Below are positions 36,977-50,880 of a stretch of DNA of 64,000 nt, piece after piece (within the stretch, counting starts at the first letter, position 1; every line of letters begins with the position of its first letter). A program made the position numbers and the translations under genes. Source of the stretch: the human T2T-CHM13v2.0 reference genome, Homo sapiens; NCBI RefSeq assembly GCF_009914755.1, contig NC_060930.1; one strand, given 5' to 3'. The notes under the pieces are model-generated. The model was given only the letters and a program-made list of their open reading frames with translations, searched no databases and was not told the origin of the DNA.

Positions 36977-38559
36977 ATCTCTAGAGTTTAAAATCCCAAG
37001 TCATTGTTTGTGGTGTATGGTTAAATGAAACTGAGGTGAATTTAAATGGCTTCAAAGTTAGGCATTTTGTGCTCTTTTCAGGCAATAAACAGAAACTAAC
37101 AATAGACTCCAGAAATGTGAAAATAAAGTCAATAGGAACCTAAGTGAGACAAAGCAGATGCTTCTAGCGAGGAGAGAGAGTTCTTGACAGATTTTCAGAT
37201 GATAAAAACTGAATTTTTTTCTGGAAATTGGTTTATTTCAAATATATTTGTAGAGATAAAACATTGAGGGAGTAAAAACACACACAAACAAATAGAAAAG
37301 CCAAACAAAACTGCTTACAGCAGAAACCCAGATATTTGCTGCAAAACAATTAGTATTAACATTGCTGAAGTGTTCCCTGAAATAGATGAGCTTCACCATT
37401 AGCCTTCTGTGAATTCAAGCAAGGAGGCATCATTACACAAATTACATGCCTGGAAAGGGGCTTTTGCACTGGGATAAACTTGTGAGAAGAACATTTAAAG
37501 CAAAAGCAATTTTGCCAGTCTGTAATTTGCTCTATTCCCCGTGCAGCATTGAAGATATTTATGTTTGAGCAAAATTCTCACTCCCAATCTGATTTCTTCT
37601 TTTTCTCAATCCAGCCATGAAGTCATGAAGTCCCCTGTTTGGGACAATATGATTTGCTGCCATAGAAACAATTATGATGTCATAAATTTATCTTGCCCCA
37701 TGAGATCAAAGAGGAAAAGCAATAATACTAATATTTTGCAGTTCAATAGTGCCATTCATCTAGCAGTCACTAACTAGTAATTATCATCGATTTGCAGATG
37801 AGGAAAGCTGAAGCAGCAAGCTCCCATGCCTTGGTCTAGAGCTCTTGAATTTTAGGCCATGGCAAGAATGTCCAGATATTTCTAATTCCCACCCAGAGCA
37901 GCAGCTAAGGAGCCAAACTCTTGGTCTCCATGACTCTCATTTTGGATGAGGATGGAGAGTCGGCTCCTCTCCCAGCGCCTGCACTTCACCAACTGTTCCT
38001 AATTACAAGAGTATTTGATGGAACCTAGTTTGATAAAATAAACAAACAAAAAGCCCTTGGCAATTGTCATAGGGTGAAAACATTTATAGAGGAATAGAAA
38101 AGACGTTCTGGATAGTGCATTAAACCTTAAGCACTCTTGTCCAGCTCCAGCCTTGGCCTGACACCACCCTCCTCCAGTCCCACTTCCATGCTCATTCTCC
38201 TGGCTTCCAGCCATGAGTGAACGGACCTAGAAACTAACAATGCTTAATCCCCAGGCCCCTTCACTTGTACAGTCCCCTTCCAAGGACCTGGGAGGGGCCC
38301 TAGCAATGTGTTTGTTCACTTGGACAGACTTTTAAAGAAAAATGTGCACTCTAACTTCCTCTTGTGTTGGGTGGTGTTGGAGCAGCAGAAGCCTTTTGGG
38401 ATCCTGGTAGGGGGAAGTGAGTTACAGATACATTTGGATGAGGTGGCTTGCAGTCCTTCTGTTTATAGTCAGATTACTGCTAGCCCTTTCTGAGTGGGAG
38501 TGCTTTTAAGAATATTTGCATTGTCTACTCTACTGACCCTTATGTGTGAGGAGAGAGTT

Positions 38560-40060
38560 GAATGTGTCTTTGGTATCCATCACTGGAACAAGGCGTTTCT
38601 GGCCTTCTTTGTTAGAAGAATGTGCAAAATGCAATAATTTATTATTTATTTTGGAAGGGATGCTGTAGCATTCCTTGGACCACTGAACACCTAAAATTTT
38701 TACTGATGTGATGGGTTCCTGAATCTTTATCAGGCTTATAGATATTCATAGATTATTATCTCCTATTCTTCAAGAGTTGCATGTGGCTTACACCTAGGCC
38801 TGCAATGTACTAGCCACTACCTTGTTTATCCAATTGAATTAGCGTAAAGTCATCCATGTATTGGACCAGTATGACATTCTGTCCAAAGATGTCCAGACAG
38901 TCCAGTTTTTTTTTGGACCATATTATGACAGAGGATGGGAGAGTTAACATATCCCTCAGTGAAGAGGGTAAATATACAGTGTTGGGCATTTCTGATCCTC
39001 TTTTCTGATAGAAATGGAAGACAATGCCTTCACCAGATCAGTGGCTGCATTCCATGTATCCAAGGCCAGGTTAATCTGCTTTAGCAAAGATACCACATCT
39101 GGCACAGCAGCTGCATTTGGATTTGAGCTTGCTTGGGTAGCAGTCATCCACTGCTATCCTTCAGGATCTGTCTTGTTTTTGAAGGGGTCAGATTGGTGAA
39201 TTGAAATAAGGTGGGGTTCACCAACCCTATAGACTTTAGGTTTTTAAGGGTAGCACTAATTTCTGCCATTTCCCCAGGAAGCTACATTGCTTTTGAATAA
39301 CTATTTTGAATAGGATGTGTGTGGGGGTGCCTTTTCAGAGGCCTCCACTTGACTTTACCCACAATCCAAGCAATCAATGTAGGCGTATGTATATCCAGTT
39401 ATACATTTGAGGACTGTGAGCATGACTATAGGATTGGTCTATGGATCCAGTGGGCCCACTGTGAGCCAGACTTAGGGCAGCTCACCTCCATTTATTACCT
39501 GGTTCCCATATGCCCTCACTCTAACAGGAGGGTCGTGATGATGTTTTATGTCTCCAGTTATCAATGTCAAGTGTTCGACAGACCTCAAAATATCTGGGTA
39601 GTCCCCTTTCTTCAGTGTATCTGTGGCAAATGGCCATGTGTTTCTTTGGAGAAGGACTGGAGGAATCATTACTGGATATATTTTCTATAATGTTACAGGA
39701 CCTTCCTTCTAAGGACCCAACCACTCTTTCAATTAATAGATTCCAGGACCACAGACTGGGTCATATCTGTAAACGGGGCAAGAGATCATGACTTTTCACT
39801 GAGGTGACAGCCCTCAGTTTCCTCATCATTCATCCTTGATTTCTTTTTATTTCAGATTGACTAGTATCATTGCTGGCTGCCCATTAATTTTGTCCTAGGG
39901 ATGTTAACCCTTAATAGAGAAGAGTGGGATACTCCTGCAGTTTCAGAGGGCTCAGAACAATCTGGGAACTCAAGATTTTTGAAGTCATTAGCCCAGATGT
40001 TCCCAGCCCATGTGGCACTTGAACTAGATGAACTCCAAGGTGCATTTTGTCCCTGAGCCA
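38560..40060 (-). mobile_element. ERV-L class internal remnant (gag/protease/RT pseudogene)
   Basis: ORF 38956-39147 AAAVPDVVSLLKQIN..TWNAATDLVKALSSISIRKEDQK resembles ERV-L RT; ORF 39472-39669 LTLITGDIKHHHDPPVRVRAYGNQVING resembles the ERV-L protease region; frameshifts and stops throughout. Confidence 0.85.
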
Positions 40061-40114
40061 TCTTTTGAGAGTGACCTTTTAGGTCTATTTCTAACCTTCC
40101 CTTGAGAGGCAGCA

Positions 40115-40345
40115 AGGCACAGGCTCTGGAGGCAGTGCAAAAAGGTTTGAATTGTGACCCTGTCACTTACTAGCTGTGGGACTTCGAGGAAGTTACTTAA
40201 TATCTCTGAGCCTCAGTTTCTTCATCTGTAAAATGATAATAATACAATACTACTCCCTCAACAATGAAATGACTTGATGTGTGTAAAGCATTTTATAATA
40301 ATGCCTGACACATACGGGACACTTTGTATACGTATTCGTTATCTT
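40115..40345 (+). mobile_element. MIR SINE
   Basis: cacttactagctgtgggactt..ggaagttacttaatatctctgagcctcagtttcttcatctgtaaaatg. Confidence 0.9.
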
Positions 40346-42814
40346 GGCTCCTTTCTTCAACACACTTACACCCATCTTCACACATGAGCTGTAGTTTCTG
40401 CTGCCTCTGTGTTCCCACTGCAGGCTGTGTTTACTTTCACTACAGCACTCAGCAAATTCATTAGGAAGATTCGTGCCTGTTTTTTCTGCTTGACTTTGAG
40501 CTCCTCCAGGGCCCAGGAGTATGTTTTGTTGTCTCTCAGTTCCTGACACAGTGCAGCTGTTTGGTAAATATTCTTTGAATAAATAAGTGAGCTTGCAGTC
40601 CAGGGACTGGTCTGTCTTGGGCTGAGTCCCGAAGTGGTTTTAGAACCCAGCTTTTCCCTAACCAGCTGCAGCTGGCTTCTCTGTCATGTGTGCATACCTG
40701 GACCCCTTGGTCTGAGACTTTTGCTGCCTGGGATCCTTTGGGAAATAAATCACTCTCCAAGTTCTCATATATTAGGAGAGTTGCAGCTGCTTTTTCATCT
40801 ATTTTTCTGGGTGCTGGACCTTGCTTGTTTGGGCGGAGCATCACTTGTACCTACCTCTTCTCTGGTTTTCTCTCCCGTTATTAGTTAGCTCCTGAAAACC
40901 AACACCTCAGACCCTCCCACCTCTGCTCTGACCTCCAGGTTTCTTAAGTTTTTGTTTTCCTCCCAAGGCAGATAACACCAAGTTCTTCATTTCTGTTGTG
41001 GCTTCCCAGATCTAGATTTTGGCAGCCCAAGCAGTCCCGAGACCCCTGCCTAACTTCCACACTCGACCAGCCTGACTGTGTCACATCTGTGAGTCACCAG
41101 GGCTTCCTGGTGTCAGGAGCTGCTGGACTTCCCTCTTTCTCAGGCTACCTCCTGTTTCAGATATAACCAATTTTCTCCATTGGCAGTCTCTGGTCTGCCC
41201 ACACTCTGACACAGTCCTTGCCTAGAAAAGAAATATATATGGAGTTTTTGAGTTACATAAATTTTTTATCATTATCTACGTACTTTTTTGTGGGTGGTAT
41301 GCCCTCGCTGTATGTAGACCCTTGCCTAGCTTCTGGCCATTTGAAGCTGAAACACCCTTGACACTTCCTGCATCCAAGCCTGGGTATTTGGTTAGTACCA
41401 CCTGACCTCCTGGAGCAGGATGGCATAGCCTTGTCTACCCCACACCTTGTGCCCAGGAGAGACAGTGCTAATCAATCACAGCACTCTTTCCTCCAGTGTC
41501 TGGATGAGGTTGCAGATCATTCTCAACCCTATACTCCCAGCAGCTGCAACTACTGAGAGCCGGCACTGAGTGGAACCCTGTTCGCCATCCCTGCACTAAA
41601 TCATGCCCTTGCCCACACAGATCCACTTTACTGGTCTCTCTTCTGCCTCTCTGGACTTGACCTGTCTCCCGCCTATTTGACAGCTGTAACCTGCCTACAA
41701 TTCTTCTTAGCTCTTGGCCCCTACCAGACAGCCCTGGAGCCTGCTGGCCTTCAGCTACCAGGTGTTTACAGAATCTGGCTCCGTTATGCCTATTACAGGT
41801 CAGATATGACTTCAGGGCCCACATTCCTTCTGCATCATTACCGTACTGTTCCTAGAAGCAGCTTCTCTACATGGGTGTTTAAAATAAGCCTAGAGGAGTC
41901 AGAGATCTTTTCTGAAATGTCCTAGTTGTTTTTTTTTTTTTTCTGTGCCATTTATAGGCTTATCTCAGGGACAGAGCTGGACAAGATTGGTTATAAACAT
42001 TTTTCTGGGATCACTCAGAATTGGGCTTCCTAACTAGGCTCTGCTGTGCATTCCTTATGCCCCTCACAAAGAAAACCCTCACCCCATCCCTCTGTCTCTC
42101 AGGATAGATGGTGCTGATGTGGGCCACTGACACAATTTAGCCCTAATGCTGGGTGGTGGAGCTTATGGTGTAAACAGTAGAACATTTAAATACCCTGATC
42201 TCCACAGAGTGGGTTGTCCAGTCTTCCCTGTTCTCTTTGGGCCACTTGTCACCTGGTGCCATCTCCTGCCCTAGAAAGGCCAAGCAGGATTGGTTAGAGG
42301 CCTGGGACAGGATGCCAACTCCCAGGGCCAAGGCTGTAGAGAGAAATGCACTCTTTGCTTGGCCATTCTTTCATGAGGTTGAGCTTCCCTCGGCCCTTCC
42401 CACCATTGCAGGGCTGAGATCAGTGTGTTGCCGGAGAAGAGGCCCAGGAGGCCGGCCAGTCTACCTTCAGCATCTGCTGCTTGGGCCACCTAATCTCAAG
42501 CATTTCAAGGAGTCAGCCTCTGTGGTGGGTTTCACAGAGAACCATATGCTAATTGAAGAGGTCACAGACTTGCTGCCTGGGGGCACCTACAGCCCTCATG
42601 ATACTTAAAAAAATAAAAATTATAGGATGACAGCAAGAGTGAGGGCAAATAAAAATAAAATAAAACTAGCTGTCCATGTTTAAAAATTGGGGATTTCATG
42701 TGAAATTCCAGATGTCTGCTTCCTTCTGAAAAATAAGATGCTCTGTCAAAATTGGGCCCCTATTCTCCTAGCAGACATCGGCAGAAGTCAAGCAATGGCT
42801 CCTCATGTAGGTGG

Positions 42815-43197
42815 GGCTATGGGCTGAATTGTGTCCCCCAAAATTCACATGTCAAAGTCCTAACCCCTAGTACTTCAGAGTGTGACCATTTTTGGACATA
42901 GGGTCTTTAAAGAGATAACTAAGTTAAAATGAGGGCATGAGGGTTGGGCCGTAATCCAATATGACTGCTGTCCTTGTAAAAAGAGGCAATTAGCACAGAC
43001 AGACACAGGGTAGATCATGTAGGTACACTAGAAGATAGCCATCTATATGGCCAGGAGAGAAGTCCCAGACCAGCTGGGTTCACACCTTGCTCTTGAACTT
43101 CCTTGAAGATGGCCTCAACAACTGTGAGAAAATAAATTTCTGTTGCGTAAGCCCCCAGGCTGTGGTACTTTGTTATAGCAGTCCTGGTGGACTCCTG
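42815..43197 (+). mobile_element. MLT1B MaLR solo LTR, inserted in a MER102-like element (about 42665-43310)
   Basis: gctatgggctgaattgtgtccccc...taatccaatatgactg...ctgtgagaaaataaatttctgttg..taagcc. Confidence 0.85.
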
Positions 43198-44596
43198 TAG
43201 CTGGCATACTCTTCAGTTTGTCATGGTTCCCTCTGCTTTTCTTCCTGGCCCACTTCACCATTTCTGTGGCCTGCCTGACCCCTGGGGACATATTATTTGT
43301 GACCCATGACTCATAGGATCAAAGAGAGTACCTTCTCCTGGTTGGGGGGAAAAGGCTTTTATCTCCTTCCCTCACAGTCTTACAGTGGCAGGTGGAAGGG
43401 TTGGAGGTTCTGAATCTTGGCCAAACGTTGATAGATTTCATCTTGAATACGCCTTCTGGGGGGATTCCTTCACAGTCAGAGTGACTTCTGAAGGGAGTGC
43501 AGTCAAGACAATCCAAGTTGCCTTCCTGGATGGGGGTTCTGGGGCCTTTGACCTCGTCTACAATTTGGGACACTGAGCTAGTATGGGGAGCTCTGTGGGT
43601 GGCTGGTTGTGGAGTCAGGGAAAATCCAGTAGATGGCACCAAGTCAAAGTCTGAAATGAGGGCCACGCAGAGACTAAACATGGAGCATTGATCTGAAGAG
43701 GCAGGGAAGAGTGCTTGGAAACTAGGTATGAGGCACCAGAACAGAGAAGGGAGATACAGGACAGAACAGATTTGCTCGGAGTGAGGGTGGAGACCAGCTG
43801 GCTTGAGATGCTGGAGAAAGCATCAGGTCTTCTGTAGAGTACCTACAGCTTTGTCCATGGCATGGATGGGAGCTGTTAAAGGGTCTAGAAGAAAGCCATA
43901 TTGCCTTGCATTCTATAAAAGCCCCCTCTGTGCTCCTCAGTACAACTTATATAGGTTCTAGGCCTATATTTGGGATGCATAAACCAAATTAGAGGGAATA
44001 TAGTTCACAAAAAGAGACATCCCTACTTCCCCCAGCACCCTAAGACCTCATCAATTCACACATACAGGAATAACACAGACCCAGCCCCCACCCCACCAGA
44101 TAGCTTCTTCCTAGAATACAATATTTTTATGCTGGCACCTTCTATGTGTGAGGATAGGGTATTGCTTCTTCCTTCCAAGGTTTCTGTCGGGGGTTAGTTT
44201 CTGTTTTTGCTAGTGAGGGAGAAGCAGGGCTTTGGAGTAACATGCTGAATAAAGGCCAGCTTTACTTAGTCCAAGGTGAAGCCGACCATGCCAGTGATTG
44301 TCCTCATTGCCTATTTTACAGATCTATCCATGCTCATGAAGCAATGTGGGCACCATGCCTTTCATTATTTTAACTGTTCACTGGGTATGGAAAGAAGAAA
44401 TCATTTTTGTCTTCATTGCAGCGTAACTTTATACACAGAGACTTATGGCCTTTCTTAGTCTCTTTCCTTACAGACCAAACACAGGCCATCTTAGCTGCAT
44501 TTTCTCACAAGGCTTATTTTTCAAAATTTTAATCATTCTCATTTTCTCTGAAACTTCGTTGATGGATCCGCATCGATTTTGAAATTTGGAACTTGA

Positions 44597-45105
<509 letters not shown>

Positions 45106-46879
45106 TGACTGGAGCCCAGTCCCTAATTTTGACAATGTACCTATTTGGATATCCTCCCTCACACAATAGGCCGCTGTTTTCACTGTCCTGATACTTCATC
45201 ATAAGTATTTTAGTTTGACAAGAATCACATCTTTCAAGTACATACTAAGTTGGCTAAAGAGAATCTTTCATTAATTTATTCTTATTTCCAGGAATTATTG
45301 AGATTGCATTATGCCAAGGATATGGAGAGTGCAACAGAGAATGAGACGTGGACTGCCCCAGTCTCAAGGGGACGTTTTCTCCTTCCCACCGGCTGCGAGT
45401 GGTTATAGGAATTGAATGTATATATTCTCCTCTTTTGGGAACATAATTCAGATTCAGAGTAAACACTTTAAAAAGGTTTATTCAATTGGAAGCATAGTGG
45501 CCTGGCTGTTTCCAATAACTAACCCATCCTCCACCCTCTCCTGTACACACACCACTACCATGTTTGTCTCTACCCTAATGCACAGGAGTTTTTAATCTGT
45601 AACTGGGATCAGGAAAAGAAGCTGAGGAGGATGGAGGGGAAAATGTAACACCGACGCCACTAAGACACAAGGAGCAGGTGAGTCCTGTGCTTGGGGATAC
45701 AGGAAGCACGTCAGAGGCTGATGGAACCATTCACAAAGTGAATGCCCAGCGGTGAGTTGAGAGCCACATCAGGAACCCCACATTGTTCTGGAGCTCTGAA
45801 GACTGGACGGGTTGGGACCACGAGAAGATAATACCCTTGACATGGGGCTTTGGGTTCTCATAATAAGTGTAGCCATTTGGAGCATGTGGGAGAGACTTAT
45901 GATTGCTAACTTTGCTCTCCTGATAATTCCTAATAAATGTAGGAAATGGGAATGTGGCAATTTGTTTGGAGGCTTAAGGGGTAGTATTTGAGATCAAAAG
46001 TTGCAGATTCTTGGCTATCATGGGCAATGGGCAATGCAGGTAGAGAGGAATGGGGGTAGCAAAAAGAGAAACAATATTATGTTGAGTCTATATTATGTAT
46101 CAGCACTGTGTTGGGTACTTGATGTATTTTATCTTACCTTATCCACACATTGACTGTGTGAAATAGATATCATCCCTATTTTCAGATAAGTAAAGTGAGA
46201 CTAATATAGGTTAAGTAATTTGACCAAACCAAGATTTGACTATAAGTCAGCTTGGCTCAAAGACTATATTTTTCCATGATCTCATTGAATCATTTATTGT
46301 GAATGGGATTCTTCTTTATACTCTTCCATTGTCATGTCATATGACCTAATCATGTAAACTTGTCTACTTTCGAGGGAAGCCTCATTCTCATAATTTTAGG
46401 ACGATAAATGACTCATTATCATGCTCTCCTTATAGAAAAAATCCAAGGGAATAATGAGAGAGTACGTAATATTTTAGTGCACTTCTGTCCTATAATAGAA
46501 AAACTGTCCTAAATCTGGTCTGGAGCAGAACCTTTTCAGTGTGATAAAAATCCATCACCTTCTTTTGGAAAAAAAAATTATATTTATGCAACTTACTGCT
46601 GAATTTTGATGGGATGAAGATTTTGTCTAGGAAATTAGTTACTCACCCACCCAGTTGACTGTTAGCTGATTGTCAGAAAAGAGTTCAGGAACTTTTGACC
46701 AGATATTCTTTTCATTTTATACCTAATAATGATATTTTTATCATTTTCTTTTCCTATACCTTATCTCTGACATGGCCTACTGTGGGTCATTTTCCCATGC
46801 ATGAATGATTGTAATAACATTTTGATACTTGCTGATGACTGAATTGTCTGAATTTTTTTCTTCAATACTTACAAATAAT

Positions 46880-47125
46880 AAATGTTAATAGTTAACATTT
46901 ATTGAACTCCTATAATATGTTAGACAAGGTGTTAAGCATATTAGACATATTATTTTATTTTAGCCTCCTAACCATCTGATAAAGTAAACACTCACATATG
47001 AGAAAATTGAGACCTAGAGAAATGAAGTAATTTGCCCAGACCTCACTATAGGTAAGTGCTGAAGCTGGGCTGTGAATCCAGACGTTTTAACTTCAGTTGT
47101 GTGCTTCCAACTACTGTACCGTACT
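46880..47125 (-). mobile_element. MIR SINE (a second MIR lies at about 46070-46230)
   Basis: aatagttaacatttattga...tgagaaaattgagacctagaga..tgaagtaatttgccca. Confidence 0.8.
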
Positions 47126-47182
47126 TCTTTCCCATAATGTTTCAAGTCTACTGTCCTTTATTTTATTTTTAACTTTAAAAAG

Positions 47183-47301
47183 TTTTTTTCTTTTTAGAGA
47201 TAGGGTCTTACTATATTGCCCAGTCTTGACTCGAACTCCTGGGCTCAAGCGATCAGCCTCCTGAGTAGCTGGGACTATAGGCATGGACCACTGTGCCTGG
47301 C
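47183..47301 (-). mobile_element. FLAM / Alu monomer
   Basis: agagatagggtcttactat.ttgcccag...ctcctgggctcaagcgatc...ccactgtgcctggc. Confidence 0.85.
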
Positions 47302-48029
47302 TTTTGCTTTATTTTTAAACATTTAATTACTGTTGCCTTCACAAAACTCTGAATATTGGTGTACTTGTATCTCTCTTGGGTTTTCACTGGCCTTTCAATT
47401 AGAGAGAAAAGAAGCAAAGATGTTATGTCTTGCTTCCATTTCCTCCTCTGGCTGAAATGGGTCATGATCACTCCATGTTCTCTGTTCTGACCCTTCAGTC
47501 CCTGCCCGTGAATTGAAAGGACATATTCAACATCCAGATTGGTCAGACATGAAGCTCTAGGACAGATCAGAGGAAAGCAAAATCACATTTGGAAAATCCT
47601 ATAAGCTGCCTCCGTGTTTAATAAGATATTGTGAATGGGAGTAACAATGATTATTCTCAATTAAAAGGTGCACAAGAATGGAATTTCCAGAGCAAACAGC
47701 AAAAATGGAGTCAATCTAAAATTAGCAGGCCAAACACTGAATTCAAAATGCTTCCTCTGACTCAACTTTATACACCCTTAGGCTTTGGTCCAGACCCAGA
47801 CTATTTGAAAAATATGCAGCCATCTGTAAACCAAGACTTTACAAAGTTTTTCAGTGATCATTAAGTTCAGGACAGCTGCTGACCATTAAAGCCTACTCTA
47901 TGCAAGACAGCATGCACTGTAAGAGATTAGAAAAGAAAAAAAGATAACACCCTGTCTGTTAGCAATAGCCATACGGCAGCATTTAAAAAAATTTTGGCAA
48001 CTCATTCTTTCAATTAGGCTTTTCTTTTA

Positions 48030-49500
48030 GTACTTTCTGTGGCTTAGGCACCATTCTGGGTGCTGGGCACAACAGTGAAAAATAGACAAAAATCCTGCTT
48101 CATGGAGCTTGCATTCTAGTAGAGTAAGACGGACAACTAAAAAGAAATAAACAAGCAAAACATATGATAGGTATAAACTAATAATTTATCCCTTACTTGG
48201 AAATAAACCTAAGTGATGACTGCTTTCTTTAATCTGATGATAGAACATTTTATAAACAGCTCCTGACTATCCTCTGATTCTCAAGGGGATATAACTTTGT
48301 TTAACTAACAAGGGACCAGATGTTTAACCACCTATAAATTTGGAGGTTAAACTGCAAAAAACTGATATGAGGTAATAATGTCTTGCTTTTGTTGTGTGTG
48401 CATGGGGGTTGGGGGTGGTCCTGGTAAATAAGATAATTTGAAGTTACAGTTGTATTGTCCTGTAGAACATTAATTACTCTTGTATCTAATTTAGCAATCT
48501 TATGTCAATATCCTTTACCCAGATTGACTACATAAGTCGTTTATTTGGATGCTCTTTGAATCAGCTCTTGTCTTTCTTCTGGTTTCCTTATTAATAAGTT
48601 GACTAAAACGTTGAACATTGGTATGTGCTCAGAATAAACTTTAAGAACTTTGCTTTTGCATATGTTTGATGGTGATAAAGCTATAAAGAGAAATGAAGCT
48701 GGGAATGGAAACAGGAATGCTGAGTATTTGAATTAAAATTTTTATTTTATTTTTTTTTATAAATAGTCTTGCTATGTTGCCCAGGTTGAACTCAAACTCC
48801 CGGGCTTAAGTGATCTTCCCACCTAAACCTCCCTAGTTGTCCAGCTTTTCCTTTCTTTTTAAAGATCAAATTACTTTTTCCTTCCTAACACTCTGAATGT
48901 AGGTGTACTTGCGGGGAGTTTGTAATTGTAAATACTGTGGTCAGAGAAGGCTTCGCTGATGGCAGGCTTCTGATCAAAGCCCCACAGGAGATGAGGGATG
49001 TAGCCTGCAGGTATCCAGGGGAAGAATGTTCTAAGAAAGGGAAAGGCAAGTGAAAGGTCCTGAAGTGATTCACCCTGGCATTTTTGAAGTACCCTGAGAA
49101 GTTCAAGGAGGTGTAGGAAGGGCTGGAAGGCTGGCAGAGCGACAGGGGAAGAGTAGGAGTCGATGAGGCCGGAGAGGTGATGGGGGAATGGGCCATGGAG
49201 TACAGAGCAGAGGGCCTTGTGGGCTGTGGTAAGACTATGGTTTTTTCTGGGGAAGATGGAGAAGTTTCTAGCTGAGGACTGGCAGGGTCTGACTTGTGTT
49301 TTTAAAGGCTCACTCTCTTGTCGATGGAAGAGACTGTAGGAGGGCCCGGGTGGAAGCAAGGAGACCAGTCAAGAGACACAGCAGCCCTCGCAGGGGCTGA
49401 TGCCGTCCCAGGACCAAAGCATGAGAATGAGTTAGAGTCTATATATATTTGAAGGTGAAGCTAAAAGGATTAGATGGATTGGCTGTGGGGCAAGGAGTCC
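48030..49500 (-). mobile_element. L2 (fragmented; Alu fragment at about 48740-48840)
   Basis: aggcaccattctgggtgctggg...ggtcagagaaggcttc...tttaaaggctcactct...atattttgaaggtgaagc. Confidence 0.75.
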
Positions 49501-50414
49501 AAGATAGCCTGAATGGGGGCAATGTCTGTGACAGATCTGGGGGAACAGCTCATCTGCGGAGCTGTTCTGAACCATCCACAAGGACAGGAGCCATCATGCT
49601 CGCTCTTCCCACGCATCAGAATTTCCCAAGCCCTGGCCTCCACCCTAGGGGACTTTCCCTAAACACTGACACAGGGGATATCAAACTTTTCATAGTTCCG
49701 TTTAGTCATTCACAGTCAGCTTTCCTGCTTGGGGCCGTTCATAAGAACCTTTCTCATTCGCCTATTTCCAGCATTGTATGTTCCCACAATGCTCATGGTT
49801 TTGATTTGATGCACATTTTTGTTTTAATTTGCATGTTTAAATTGCATTTTCCATATTGTATTAAACATCCTTTGGGGTGTCTTGCCAGGCCATGATCCTC
49901 TCCCTCTGAGAATTGTTTCTCCTAATCTTAGGCAAGGGCCTTGTCTGCCCTATAATTTTTTCATTGGCATCCTGTGTAATCCTTAACAAATAAATAACTA
50001 CTCCCTAATTTATCAATTAATAAACCTGAATTTTCTTATGTGGGTTTTGCCTGTCAGTAGGATAAATCTTCTTACTAATACATAAGAAGACTGCTTTCCT
50101 ATTAGTAATTATATGTACATATGTGCCTATATATGTTCATGTATATTACACATACTTAGGCACATTTGCTTCTTTAAGCTGTCAAAGTTTAAGATAAAGG
50201 TGCCATGAGTAATCCTTAGTTAGGTCCCAAGACCATCTCAGTTTTACCAACTTAAGACCCCTTGGGAGCTTTATTATCACAGAGTGAGGCTGGAATCACA
50301 CCAGAGAGATGAGGCCCAGATGCCTAGCAGTCACCTCCCCCGGGCTCTGTGAGCCCCCAGCTCCCCATCTCCTTTCCTCATACATTCATACTCAGGTCTG
50401 CTTCTACCACACAG

Positions 50415-50880
50415 TGATGTCACCCAAGCTATGTGAGTGGGAGCCAGCAGTCCACCTTACTGAGTGCATGACTGAAAGTGACAGAATGACTTATGCACAA
50501 AACGGAATTTATTGGCTCATGTCACCGAAATGTCCAGGGCAGTCTAGCTTCAGGAAAGGCTGAGTCCAGGTGCTCACACTACATGATCAGGCACCTGTAG
50601 TGCTCCATTTCTCAGCTCACTTTTCCTCTGTGCTTTCAGGCAGGCTTTCCTGACGCTCATGAGCTCTCCAGGCTCACTCTCATTGGCTCACAACCTTGGC
50701 GAAAAGAGAGCAAAGTCTAGCAACTGAGTCTCACTGGAATGATTTGGTTCATATTCCCATTGCTGATCCCATCATGGTGGAAGGTAAGACACAGCACTAT
50801 TGGCTTTATGGAGTGAGACTGGAAAAGGAATAGCTCTCCTGTAGAAAATTACCAGAAGGAAGGAGATGTATGCTAGGCTG
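50415..50880 (-). mobile_element. Old MLT1 (J/K-like) LTR
   Basis: aaagtgacagaa...ggaatttattggctcatgtcac.gaaa...agcttcagg..aggctg. Confidence 0.55.

Noticed and set aside
43319-43691. Overlapping ORFs in unique-looking sequence
   Set aside because: No recognisable homology in any frame and no convincing splice pair.
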